From Alkalispirochaeta sp. (GTDB taxonomy: Bacteria; Spirochaetota; Spirochaetia; DSM-27196; Alkalispirochaetaceae): a stretch of 64,000 nt of DNA. Of the stretch, positions 41,489-50,161 are shown one piece after another (within the stretch, counting starts at the first letter, position 1; every line of letters begins with the position of its first letter). The position numbers and the translations under genes were made by a program. The DNA lies in contig CBDESZ010000022.1 in NCBI GenBank assembly GCA_965242725.1, forward strand, positions 64,001 through 128,000, given 5' to 3'. The notes beneath the pieces are model-generated. The model was not told where the DNA came from and searched no databases. It was given only the letters and a program-made list of their open reading frames with translations.

Positions 41489-44400
41489 CCGGGAACTTTT
41501 GTCCCGTACCGGAGACGTAATGGCATGTCTCCCGGAGCGTTATTTTTCCGTCCATAGTGAAAAGGAGATTGCCGCTCACGCCCGGGCAATAGCCGAGCTG
41601 ACTCAGGAGTATCCGGTCCGGATCGTGCAGGGCGAAGGCGATACGGAAGAGGTCGGTTTTACCGTTTGCACCTGGGATGCGCCGGGTCTGTTCAGCTACA
41701 TTTGCGGTATTCTCGGTACCCGGGGACTGAATATTCAGGCGGGGGAGGTGTTTACCGGCACCAACGGATTGGTGGTGGACACGATTTCCGGCATCCTCCC
41801 GGAGGACACCGATACTTCCCGCTGGTGCGACGCTCTGGAGCGGGAGCTGGCAACGCTCTTTGTCCCCCTCCGGATGTCGCCCCCCGACGTCGACGCGGTA
41901 CGTATCACCGTCATGGAACGGGTGGCAAAGCGCTATACAACCCTTGCTCCCGAGCGGTCCACCCCCGATGAGGGAGAGCCGCTGCTGCCGATACGCATAA
42001 CCATCGACTCCGACGGCCCCCTGACCCGCGTCTCCGTAACTTCCCAGGACACGCCGTATTTTCTCTATTCCCTTGCCAGCGCCCTCACACTTCAGGACAT
42101 GTCGATCAAGCAGGTGGCAATCGAAACGACAAACATGGAAGTACAGGACACCTTCTGGGTGGAGCACGCCCGGGGCGGTCCGGTAACCTCCGAGAGCGAT
42201 CGTCGACGCCTGCAGCTCTCCATTCTGGTGACAAAGCAGTTCACTCACGCCCTCGACCAGGCCGCCGATCCCCGGGGCGCGTTCATCAGGTTTGAGGAGC
42301 TAGTACGCAAAGTTGCCGGCGACGGCAGCGAGGAGCGGCTCCAGAAGCTTTTAGCCGATCCCTCGGCGCAGCGTGAACTGGCACGTCTCCTCGGTGCAAG
42401 CGACTTCCTCTGGGAGGATTTCATACGGCTGCAGTATGAAAGCCTCCTGCCCCTGCTTCAGCAGGACCACAACCGCCGTCCCCTGAGCACGGCGCCGGCG
42501 GAGCTGCAAAAAAAGCTTGCCAGAGAGTTTGCAGATGCCCGGACGAGGGAGGAAAAGAAGGATCGCCTCAACGCCTTCAAAGATCGGGAGGCGTATCTCA
42601 TTGACGCGGATCACATTCTGCGACGGGATACGGATTTCTTCTTTTTGAGTCACCGTCTTACCGCCCTGGCGGAGCTTGTCGTCAGGAGGGCCTACGACAT
42701 CGCCTGGGATACCCTTTGCCAGACCTACGGCACACCCCGGAGCGCCGGCGGACTTCCGGCGGATTACGCGGTGTTCGGTTTGGGCAAACTTGGCGGAAGT
42801 GCTCTCGGTTACGCATCGGATATCGAACTCATGACGATATACAGCGATCAGGGTGAGACCGATGCATCGGAACGTCCCATTTCGAACCGGGAGTTCTTTG
42901 AGCGCCTCGTCAGGGAAGTGAGCGACCTGATCGATACCAAGCGGGAGGCGATCTTTGAAATCGATATTCGCCTTCGGCCCTACGGAGACGACGGTCCCCG
43001 GGCCGTCCATATCGAGAGCTTTCTCGACTATTTCGGGCCGCTGGGAAAGGCTCACAGCGCCGAACGACTCGCCCTCATCAGGATGCGTCACATCGCCGGA
43101 GACGAGGAGCTGGGCCGTCGTATGATCGCAATCAGGGATCACCTCGTCTACGAGACGGACGCAATCGACGTAGCCGAAATTCGGGAGCTCCGGCAGCGGC
43201 AGGCAGAGGATAAGGCCGGCGGCGGTCGCCTGAACGCCAAATTCAGCGCCGGCGCGCTGGTTGACCTGGAATACAACGTTCAGCTTCTGCAGGTTCGTGA
43301 AGGCCGGGGACATCGGGATATTCGCAACCCCGGTATTCACGCCACACTGCGCGCCCTGTCCGAGCTCGGCACGATAGACCCCGATGAAGCGGAAGGTATG
43401 GTCCGGGCATACCGCTTTTTGCGAACCCTCATCAACGGTCTGCGCATGCTCAGGGGAAATGCACAGGATCTCTTTCTTCCTCCCTTCCATACGGTGGAAG
43501 CGGCGCACCTCGCCCGGCGCATGGGGTATCGTGATCGCGTCGACCAGTCCGCGGCGGAGCAGTTGCGCGTCGATTTTGAGGTTGAGACGGCCGCGGTCAG
43601 AAGTTTCGTCGAGCGGCACCTCGGTGAAGAGGCGCTTCCGGAACTCCCCGTTGGAAATCCCGCCGATCTCGTCCTCTCAGACCGATTGAGTGAAGAGCGG
43701 AGCGCCCTCGTCCTTGAAAGCGCGGGTTTTCACAACCCTTCCCGGGGGATCGTCAACCTGCGACGTATTGCCGGCCACGGCGCGGAACGGGAGATTTTTG
43801 CCCGTCTGCTCGTTCTTGCCTGGGACTATCTCACCCGCTCCGGAGACCCCGACATGGCGCTGAACAACTGGGACCGCTTCACCGAACAGGTGACCGACCG
43901 GGCGGCATTCTTTCAGGACCTTCTTGCCCAGCCGCGACGGATCGAAATGATGATCCTCATTTTTGCGGGGAGTCAGTTTCTCAGTGACACCCTTATCAGA
44001 AACCCCGGTTTTCTCGAGTGGATAAGCGATCCCGCCGTCGTAAACGGTCGCCGCAATGCGGCCGCGATGCGGCGGGAACTTTCGGACCAGATGGGAGAGC
44101 TGACGGAACGACATGAACGGCTCGATGCGATGCGCCGCTTTCGCCGGCGGGAAATACTGCGGATCGGGACGAAGGATATCTGTCTCGCCGGAGACTTCTC
44201 GGAAGTCGTGGAAGAGCTCAGTGATCTCGCCCGGGCGATCGTATCGGCGGCGCTGGACCACATCCTGTCGGATCAACCGGTGTTGCCGGGCCGCCTCTGT
44301 ATTCTCGCCTTCGGCAAGCTGGGCGGAAACGAGCTCAACTACAGCTCCGACATCGATCTCCTCGCGGTCTATGAACCGGATTCCACGATCCACGACCAGG

Positions 44401-45140
44401 AGCGCGTCGCCGCAGCGGTATTCCGCCAGCTCGTCCGTGATCTCAGCGACTTTACCGTCCAGGGCCAGGTCTATCGCGTCGACCTCCGCCTCCGTCCCTG
44501 GGGCAACGCGGGACGTCTCGTCTACGCCCGTCCTGCGGCGGTGCGCTACTACAGCTCCGAGGCGGAGCTGTGGGAGCTGCAGGCACTGATCAAGCTTTCT
44601 CCGATCGCCGGCGACATCGCCCTGGGAAGGGAATTTCTCGATGAGCTCCACCGGCCCTTCGGCAAGCGGATCACGTCGGCCGGAAGAAAAGAGGTCCTGC
44701 GGACGATTCGCCATTTGCGGGGCCGGGCGATTCAGCAGTACGAGAGTCCGAACGGCACGGATATCAAGAACGGTCAGGGCGGTATACGGGACGTGGAATT
44801 TCTCGTGCAGGCACTGCAAATGCTCCACCACGACCTCTATCCGGAGCTCCTGACGGGCAATACCCTCCGCGCGCTGGAAACGATGGAAGAGACGGGCATA
44901 CTCGACGGCGCGACGGTTCAGGAACTGCAGGAGGACTATCTCTTTCTGCGACGAATTGAACACTTTCTGCAGGTATATGACGACCGTCAGCTTCACTCAA
45001 TTCCACAGGAGCCGGAAGCGCAGGCAAAGCTGCGTCGTGTCGTCATGGCGTCATCGGACGAAGAGAAGACACTGGTTTCCCGTCTTTCGGATACGCTGCA
45101 GCGCGTCCGTCACCGGTACAACTCAGTCATTGGAGAGTAG
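41460..45140 (+). CDS. glnE: Glutamine synthetase adenylyltransferase/deadenylase with N-terminal tandem ACT domains
   Basis: Two NT motifs (GKLGGSALGYASDIE; GKLGGNELNYSSDID), each followed by D.RLRP. GlnD-like ACT repeats at the N-terminus. Adjacent to glnA. Confidence 0.9.
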   Translation: MQEKLKKALDRELLSRTGDVMACLPERYFSVHSEKEIAAHARAIAELTQEYPVRIVQGEGDTEEVGFTVCTWDAPGLFSYICGILGTRGLNIQAGEVFTGTNGLVVDTISGILPEDTDTSRWCDALERELATLFVPLRMSPPDVDAVRITVMERVAKRYTTLAPERSTPDEGEPLLPIRITIDSDGPLTRVSVTSQDTPYFLYSLASALTLQDMSIKQVAIETTNMEVQDTFWVEHARGGPVTSESDRRRLQLSILVTKQFTHALDQAADPRGAFIRFEELVRKVAGDGSEERLQKLLADPSAQRELARLLGASDFLWEDFIRLQYESLLPLLQQDHNRRPLSTAPAELQKKLAREFADARTREEKKDRLNAFKDREAYLIDADHILRRDTDFFFLSHRLTALAELVVRRAYDIAWDTLCQTYGTPRSAGGLPADYAVFGLGKLGGSALGYASDIELMTIYSDQGETDASERPISNREFFERLVREVSDLIDTKREAIFEIDIRLRPYGDDGPRAVHIESFLDYFGPLGKAHSAERLALIRMRHIAGDEELGRRMIAIRDHLVYETDAIDVAEIRELRQRQAEDKAGGGRLNAKFSAGALVDLEYNVQLLQVREGRGHRDIRNPGIHATLRALSELGTIDPDEAEGMVRAYRFLRTLINGLRMLRGNAQDLFLPPFHTVEAAHLARRMGYRDRVDQSAAEQLRVDFEVETAAVRSFVERHLGEEALPELPVGNPADLVLSDRLSEERSALVLESAGFHNPSRGIVNLRRIAGHGAEREIFARLLVLAWDYLTRSGDPDMALNNWDRFTEQVTDRAAFFQDLLAQPRRIEMMILIFAGSQFLSDTLIRNPGFLEWISDPAVVNGRRNAAAMRRELSDQMGELTERHERLDAMRRFRRREILRIGTKDICLAGDFSEVVEELSDLARAIVSAALDHILSDQPVLPGRLCILAFGKLGGNELNYSSDIDLLAVYEPDSTIHDQERVAAAVFRQLVRDLSDFTVQGQVYRVDLRLRPWGNAGRLVYARPAAVRYYSSEAELWELQALIKLSPIAGDIALGREFLDELHRPFGKRITSAGRKEVLRTIRHLRGRAIQQYESPNGTDIKNGQGGIRDVEFLVQALQMLHHDLYPELLTGNTLRALETMEETGILDGATVQELQEDYLFLRRIEHFLQVYDDRQLHSIPQEPEAQAKLRRVVMASSDEEKTLVSRLSDTLQRVRHRYNSVIGE

Positions 45141-45183
45141 CGCCGGCGGCGGACCACCCGGAGGTGGACCGCCAAACCCGGCG
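45141..45183. terminator. GC-rich hairpin between convergent glnE and glnA
   Basis: CGCCGG..GGCGG-A-CCACC-cgga-GGTGG-A-CCGCC..CCGGCG. No clear U tract. Confidence 0.5.
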
Positions 45184-45194
45184 ATACAACGGAA

Positions 45195-46616
45195 TCAAAT
45201 GTCGTAATAGAGGGCAAACTCGTAGGGGTGGGGCCGGAGGTCAAGGGCCATCGCCTCGTTCTCCCGTTTGTATTCAATCCACGTCGCAATGACGTCTTCG
45301 GTGAAGACATCTCCCTTCAGGAGAAACTCGTGATCCTGTTCGAGGGCGTCGAGTGCTTCTCTCAGGCTGCCCGGCGTCTTGGGTACCGCCGCCGCCTCTT
45401 CTGCGGGCATATCATAGATGTTGCGGTCCAGGGGATCACCCGGGTCGATCTTGTTCTGTATGCCGTCAATCGCTGCCATGAGCATCGCGCTGAAGCCAAG
45501 GTAGGGGTTGCTCGACGGATCGGGACAACGGAACTCAAAGCGCTTCGCTTTTTCGCTGTGGGAGTACATGGGTATACGAATTGCGGCGCTTCGGTTTCGA
45601 CTGGAGTAGGCAAGATTGACCGGTGCCTCATATCCCGGGACGAGACGCTTGTAGCTGTTGGTCGTCGGGTTGGTGAAGGCAAGTATTGCCGGCGCGTGCT
45701 TCAGGATTCCACCAATCGCATAGAGTGCCGTCTGGGAGAGACCGGCATATCCGTCTCCGTAGAACTGGTTCTTGCCGTCTTTCCAGATCGAGAGGTGGGT
45801 GTGCATTCCGCTCCCGTTGTCCATAAAGAGGGGCTTGGGCATGAACGTGACGGTCTTGTTGTGTTTCCTGGCGACGTTTTTCACGACGTACTTGTACTTG
45901 GTCATGTTGTCCGCCATCTCAAGTAGCGGAGCAAAGCGCATGTCGATTTCACACTGTCCGCCGGTGGCCACCTCATGGTGATGGGCTTCAACGTTCAGAC
46001 CGATCTCGTCCATGATCACTACCATCTCGGACCTGATATCCTGCAGTGCGTCACTGGGGGGTACGGGGAAGTATCCCTCTTTGTAGCGCGGCTTGTATCC
46101 GAGGTTGGGACCTTCGTCCTTACCTGAGTTCCATCGACCCTCGGAAGAATCGATGTAGTAGTATCCGCTGTGCTCATTCTGGTCGTACCGGATGTCGTCA
46201 AAAATGAAGAACTCCGCCTCGGGACCAATGAAGGCGGTGTCGCCGATACCGGCGCTGCGCAGATAGTTCTCCGCCTTCCTGGCGATATTACGGGGATCTC
46301 TCGTGTAGTCCTCACCGGTGATAGGATCGCCAATGTTACACGTCATGACCAGCGTCTTGATTTCCATGAAGGGATCGATAAACGCCGTCTGCGGTTGAGG
46401 TTTTACGATCATGTCCGACTCGTTGATGCTTTGCCATCCGCGAATACTTGACCCGTCAAATCCGAGACCGTCGGTAAAACTCTCTTCGTCGATCTTGCTG
46501 GCAGGAACCGAGAAGTGCTGCTGCATTCCCGGAAAGTCCATGAATCGAAAGTCGACGATCTTGACGTCCTCTTTTTTGATTAAATCGAGCACGTCTTTGG
46601 CGGTCATATCACTCAT
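45195..46616 (-). CDS. glnA: Type I glutamine synthetase
   Basis: [41 protein letters not shown], adenylylation site NIYDM. GGAGG SD. Confidence 0.98.
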   Translation of the reverse strand: MSDMTAKDVLDLIKKEDVKIVDFRFMDFPGMQQHFSVPASKIDEESFTDGLGFDGSSIRGWQSINESDMIVKPQPQTAFIDPFMEIKTLVMTCNIGDPITGEDYTRDPRNIARKAENYLRSAGIGDTAFIGPEAEFFIFDDIRYDQNEHSGYYYIDSSEGRWNSGKDEGPNLGYKPRYKEGYFPVPPSDALQDIRSEMVVIMDEIGLNVEAHHHEVATGGQCEIDMRFAPLLEMADNMTKYKYVVKNVARKHNKTVTFMPKPLFMDNGSGMHTHLSIWKDGKNQFYGDGYAGLSQTALYAIGGILKHAPAILAFTNPTTNSYKRLVPGYEAPVNLAYSSRNRSAAIRIPMYSHSEKAKRFEFRCPDPSSNPYLGFSAMLMAAIDGIQNKIDPGDPLDRNIYDMPAEEAAAVPKTPGSLREALDALEQDHEFLLKGDVFTEDVIATWIEYKRENEAMALDLRPHPYEFALYYDI

Positions 46617-46630
46617 CCTGTACCTCCCGT

Positions 46631-46733
46631 ACATTTAAGTTAGCCCGGCACCACAACTCGTCATAAATGTCGGTTGAACAGGCCAAAGCTACATTTATGT
46701 GGGTAATCTATACAAAAACGCCCGTTGTGTAAA
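46631..46733 (-). promoter_or_regulatory. glnA promoter and structured 5' leader
   Basis: TTTACA(46733-28)-N17-TAGATT(46710-05). Inverted repeat 46691-99/46662-70 and a third copy at 46631-39. Confidence 0.55.
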
Positions 46734-46754
46734 GTGAGTTTTAAAAAAATACGG

Positions 46755-46791
46755 AAAAAGTGAATAAATATGTAGCCGCCCGCGGGGCGGC
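46755..46791 (-). terminator. Possible intrinsic terminator after pgsA
   Basis: GCCGCCC-GCG-GGGCGGC (46775-46791) followed on the minus strand by an AT/U-rich stretch. Confidence 0.45.
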
Positions 46792-46797
46792 CGAGGG

Positions 46798-47388
46798 TTA
46801 CCGATCTTTGCTGCGGTAGTGGCGACGGAGAATAATGAGGTAATCGATCATGCTCGTCCAACTGAGAAGGACGGAAAGGCCGAATGCACCTATCGCGACC
46901 CAGGGAAGCCCGGGCATGAGAACGTGCAGGTTCTGCAGGCGCAGATGCATGAGCATGAGCAGGCCGAGACCGGCACTCACCGCATACATGACCGCTTTCA
47001 GTTTGCCCCCCTTGCGCGCGGCAAGGGCGACGCCGTCTTTCATCATCATCATGCGGACAAAGATGATTCCCACCTCGCGATAGAGGATGAGAATGAACAT
47101 CCATACGGGCATTATCGAAAATGCCGTAAAGACGACAAAATAGGTGAGTCTGCTCACGACGTCGGCAAAGGGATCAAGCAGCTTTCCGAGATCTGAAACG
47201 ATCTTCTGTCGGCGTGCCACCATCCCGTCGAGCATGTCTGAAAGTTCAATGACTACAAAGAGAATCCACAGGAGGATTGTCGTTATCAGGGCAAAACGAC
47301 CGGAGGTCCAATAGGGCAGAAAGGCGGCGACAAAGAAAAGGGGGCTTAAATAGAGTCGAAGACTGGTAATAAAATTGGCGACATTCAC
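46798..47388 (-). CDS. pgsA: CDP-diacylglycerol--glycerol-3-phosphate 3-phosphatidyltransferase
   Basis: N..T.LR, DMLDGMVARR..VSDLGKLLDPFAD, RE, GKLK. Confidence 0.88.
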   Translation of the reverse strand: MNVANFITSLRLYLSPLFFVAAFLPYWTSGRFALITTILLWILFVVIELSDMLDGMVARRQKIVSDLGKLLDPFADVVSRLTYFVVFTAFSIMPVWMFILILYREVGIIFVRMMMMKDGVALAARKGGKLKAVMYAVSAGLGLLMLMHLRLQNLHVLMPGLPWVAIGAFGLSVLLSWTSMIDYLIILRRHYRSKDR

Positions 47389-47394
47389 AGGAGG

Positions 47395-47423
47395 ATGCTA
47401 CGAGGGGCACCGGAAACTGTCAA
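47395..47423 (-). promoter_or_regulatory. sigma70 promoter of pgsA (leaderless)
   Basis: TTGACA-N17-TAGCAT, 6 nt before GTG 47388. Confidence 0.65.
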
Positions 47424-47435
47424 CCGTCCCGGCAA

Positions 47436-47735
47436 TCAACCGCCCCCGGCGGCAAATGCGGCAAGGTGGCGCTGGAGGTTGTCAAACCGTCCCGAACCGA
47501 AATAGCTGTACAGCAGGGAGTACCCCTTCCGGAGGCGGCGATCAATCATACCCCGCAGGGCTCGCTGCATTTCACCCTGGGTTTCATAGGTGAAGTAACG
47601 CTCGCTGGTCATAAAAAAATCACGACCCGAATTTACAGTCAGAGTATAATAGCCGAAAAGATTTCCCTGCCGGTCGGTGATCGTCACGTACCGGGTGCTC
47701 CCGTCTTCCATACGTTGATAGAGCGTTACCATCAT
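47436..47735 (-). CDS. Small WGR-like domain protein
   Basis: RY...Q.NLFG...L...SGR ... E...AL......LRKGY pattern. Confidence 0.55.
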   Translation of the reverse strand: MMVTLYQRMEDGSTRYVTITDRQGNLFGYYTLTVNSGRDFFMTSERYFTYETQGEMQRALRGMIDRRLRKGYSLLYSYFGSGRFDNLQRHLAAFAAGGG

Positions 47736-47745
47736 ATATTAGTGA

Positions 47746-48657
47746 CTATCGGTCGGTTGATCCCGGAAGATGAGGCCCCGTTCCAACCTCGAGGGCATAT
47801 GTTCCCGGCTGGATGAATATGTCGTCTCCGACGGGCAGTGCCGCGCCATATGCGCGCGTCTGCACCGCGCCGGCGCGACGCAATACCGACAACAACCGGA
47901 ACCTGAGGTCCGACGGATGATATCGGAACAGGACCGTACGGTCCGCCACCGACAGGAAAAGGGGAGTCCCCGCAGGAGGGAGCCACCACAGACAGGGAGG
48001 TACATCGGTCACGACCAGAGCGAACTCGACCCTTCCCTCCAGGGGGATCGTTGCGACGGACGGCCACGGCCCCGGAACCTCTTCCCGGGAGGGATCGCTG
48101 TATTCCGGCCGGTATGAAAGCTCGCCGTTCAGCGGCAGAAGAGAAACATGCAGAACGTCACTGACACCGCGGCTGACCCGTATGAGGGCAATACCTGTTG
48201 AGAGCTCGTGGAATGGATAGTCGCCTCCTTCAAGGTGAGTCAGCCTGACGTCAATCTCATCCGAAGGGGAGTGTAAAAAAGAGCTCACCGTCGGCCAGAG
48301 AAAAAGGGGAGGAACGATCACACCGACAATGAGCAGGGTTAGGATCACCTTGCCCCACCACCGGGCAAGAAGGAACAGCACCGTGACGACGAAGGCACCG
48401 ACGACGGTTGCGCCTGCGGCAATCGGTCTCGACAGCGCCGCAGCACCTCCCTCACCTCCGAGGGCGGGCATGATAATGGCGACGGCGACAACTGCCGCTG
48501 CGAGAGCGTACTCGCTGCTGCGCCCGCGACGTGCGAAACCGCCGTGCCGCCGCGCCTTCCGGCGAATCAGAAGGGCCGCAGCCCACCCCCAGAAGATGCC
48601 CGATATCGTCAGGAGGAAAAAAGGATGACCTGTGAGGAATTTTGCCACAGACGGCAC
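47746..48657 (-). CDS. Hypothetical membrane protein
   Basis: About four N-terminal hydrophobic segments. Starts 2 nt after the M32 peptidase stop. Confidence 0.55.
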   Translation of the reverse strand: MPSVAKFLTGHPFFLLTISGIFWGWAAALLIRRKARRHGGFARRGRSSEYALAAAVVAVAIIMPALGGEGGAAALSRPIAAGATVVGAFVVTVLFLLARWWGKVILTLLIVGVIVPPLFLWPTVSSFLHSPSDEIDVRLTHLEGGDYPFHELSTGIALIRVSRGVSDVLHVSLLPLNGELSYRPEYSDPSREEVPGPWPSVATIPLEGRVEFALVVTDVPPCLWWLPPAGTPLFLSVADRTVLFRYHPSDLRFRLLSVLRRAGAVQTRAYGAALPVGDDIFIQPGTYALEVGTGPHLPGSTDR

Positions 48658-48659
48658 CC

Positions 48660-50156
48660 CTAGAAGGAGTAAATCTCCCCGTACTTCTTTCGCAGATAGT
48701 CAAGAAAGAACCGCGGACTCACCGCCTCTCCCGTCAGCTCCTTCGCCAGTTCCCCGGCGGAACGCACCTTTCCGTGACGATGTATCCGGTCCCGCAGCCA
48801 CACAAGAACAGGGTCGGTTTTTCCCCGACGGACGCTTCCCCACAGATCTTCGATCTCCCGCTCCATAACGGTGAGAAACTGTGCCGCGTAGAGGTTACCA
48901 AGCGCGTATGTCGGGAAATAGCCGAAGGCGCCGAAGGACCAGTGCACGTCCTGCAATACCCCTTCCGCGTCGCGCTGCGGTTCAACCCCCAGAAAGGCCT
49001 TGCTCTTCGCATTCCATGCGGCCGGGAGGTCCTCAACGTTCAGATCTCCGGACAGGAGCGCCTGTTCCAGTTCAAAACGCATAATGATGTGCAGGCTGTA
49101 GGTGACTTCATCCGCTTCCACCCGTATCAGCGACGGACGGACGCTGTTAATGCCCCGATAAAAAGCCTCAAGGTCCACTCCCTTTACCTGGTCGGGAAAG
49201 ATCTCCGCGAGCTCGGGAAGCCAGTGGTGCCAGAAGTCGCGACTGCGACCGATTATATTTTCCCACATGCGACTCTGTGATTCATGGATGCCCAGACTCG
49301 TACCCTCCGCGAGGAGGGTGCCGTGGAGGGCTTCATCAAAGCCCATTTCATAGAGGGCGTGCCCCGCTTCATGAATCGTTGAGAAGAGGCTGGAAGTTAC
49401 CATCGATTCGGAATAGCGTGTGGTTATACGAACATCGTGGGAACCCAGGGTTGTCGTAAAGGGGTGGGTACTCCGATCGAGACGGCCACGGTTCATGTCA
49501 TACCCCAGCGCGGCCAGCACCCGGCGGCTCATCTCCTCCTGCCCCGAAACAGGATAGTTCCGTTCCAGAAAGGTCGTATCCACCGGCGCGGCATCCTGTA
49601 TCGATCCAACGATGTCAACGAGACCGTCACGCAGCTCCGCAAAGACCGATCTCACTTCCGCGGTCTTCATATACGGCTCGTACTGATCGAGGAGCGCGTC
49701 GTAACGTGTGCCGTCGTGGCCGAGGGCGTCGGCCATTTCCCTGCTGAGATCAATCAGCCGGGAGAGCCATGGCTTGAACTGGGGATAGTCGTTCTCGCTC
49801 CGGGCGATAGCCCACGCGTGCTGACCCTTGCTGGCGGTTTCCGCAAGCTCCCGTACGAGCCGCGGCGGGACGCGCGTCGCCTGTTCGTACTGGCGGCGCT
49901 TTTCCCGTATGAAGGCGCGATCCCTTTCATCTGCGGGAGCGGTACCTCCGGACAGGAGGTCAAGCAGCTCCCCCACCCGCTCGGCCGTGTTCCGCTGATG
50001 CACGAGACTCTGCAGGAGCGCCTGTTGTTCCGCACGCTCTTCAACCGCTCCGGCGGGCATGTACGTTTCCTGATCCCAGCTGAGAATTGCCGCGGTATGT
50101 TCAAGGAGGCGGGATTCCCGGTCCAGTTCTTTCAGTTCCGTTATATGACTGTTCAC
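48660..50156 (-). CDS. Carboxypeptidase M32 (Taq-like)
   Basis: WDQETYMP, HPF, HEAGHALYE, HESQSR, IRVEADE, QDVHW, GYFPTYALG. Confidence 0.95.
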   Translation of the reverse strand: MNSHITELKELDRESRLLEHTAAILSWDQETYMPAGAVEERAEQQALLQSLVHQRNTAERVGELLDLLSGGTAPADERDRAFIREKRRQYEQATRVPPRLVRELAETASKGQHAWAIARSENDYPQFKPWLSRLIDLSREMADALGHDGTRYDALLDQYEPYMKTAEVRSVFAELRDGLVDIVGSIQDAAPVDTTFLERNYPVSGQEEMSRRVLAALGYDMNRGRLDRSTHPFTTTLGSHDVRITTRYSESMVTSSLFSTIHEAGHALYEMGFDEALHGTLLAEGTSLGIHESQSRMWENIIGRSRDFWHHWLPELAEIFPDQVKGVDLEAFYRGINSVRPSLIRVEADEVTYSLHIIMRFELEQALLSGDLNVEDLPAAWNAKSKAFLGVEPQRDAEGVLQDVHWSFGAFGYFPTYALGNLYAAQFLTVMEREIEDLWGSVRRGKTDPVLVWLRDRIHRHGKVRSAGELAKELTGEAVSPRFFLDYLRKKYGEIYSF

Positions 50157-50161
50157 GCTTA

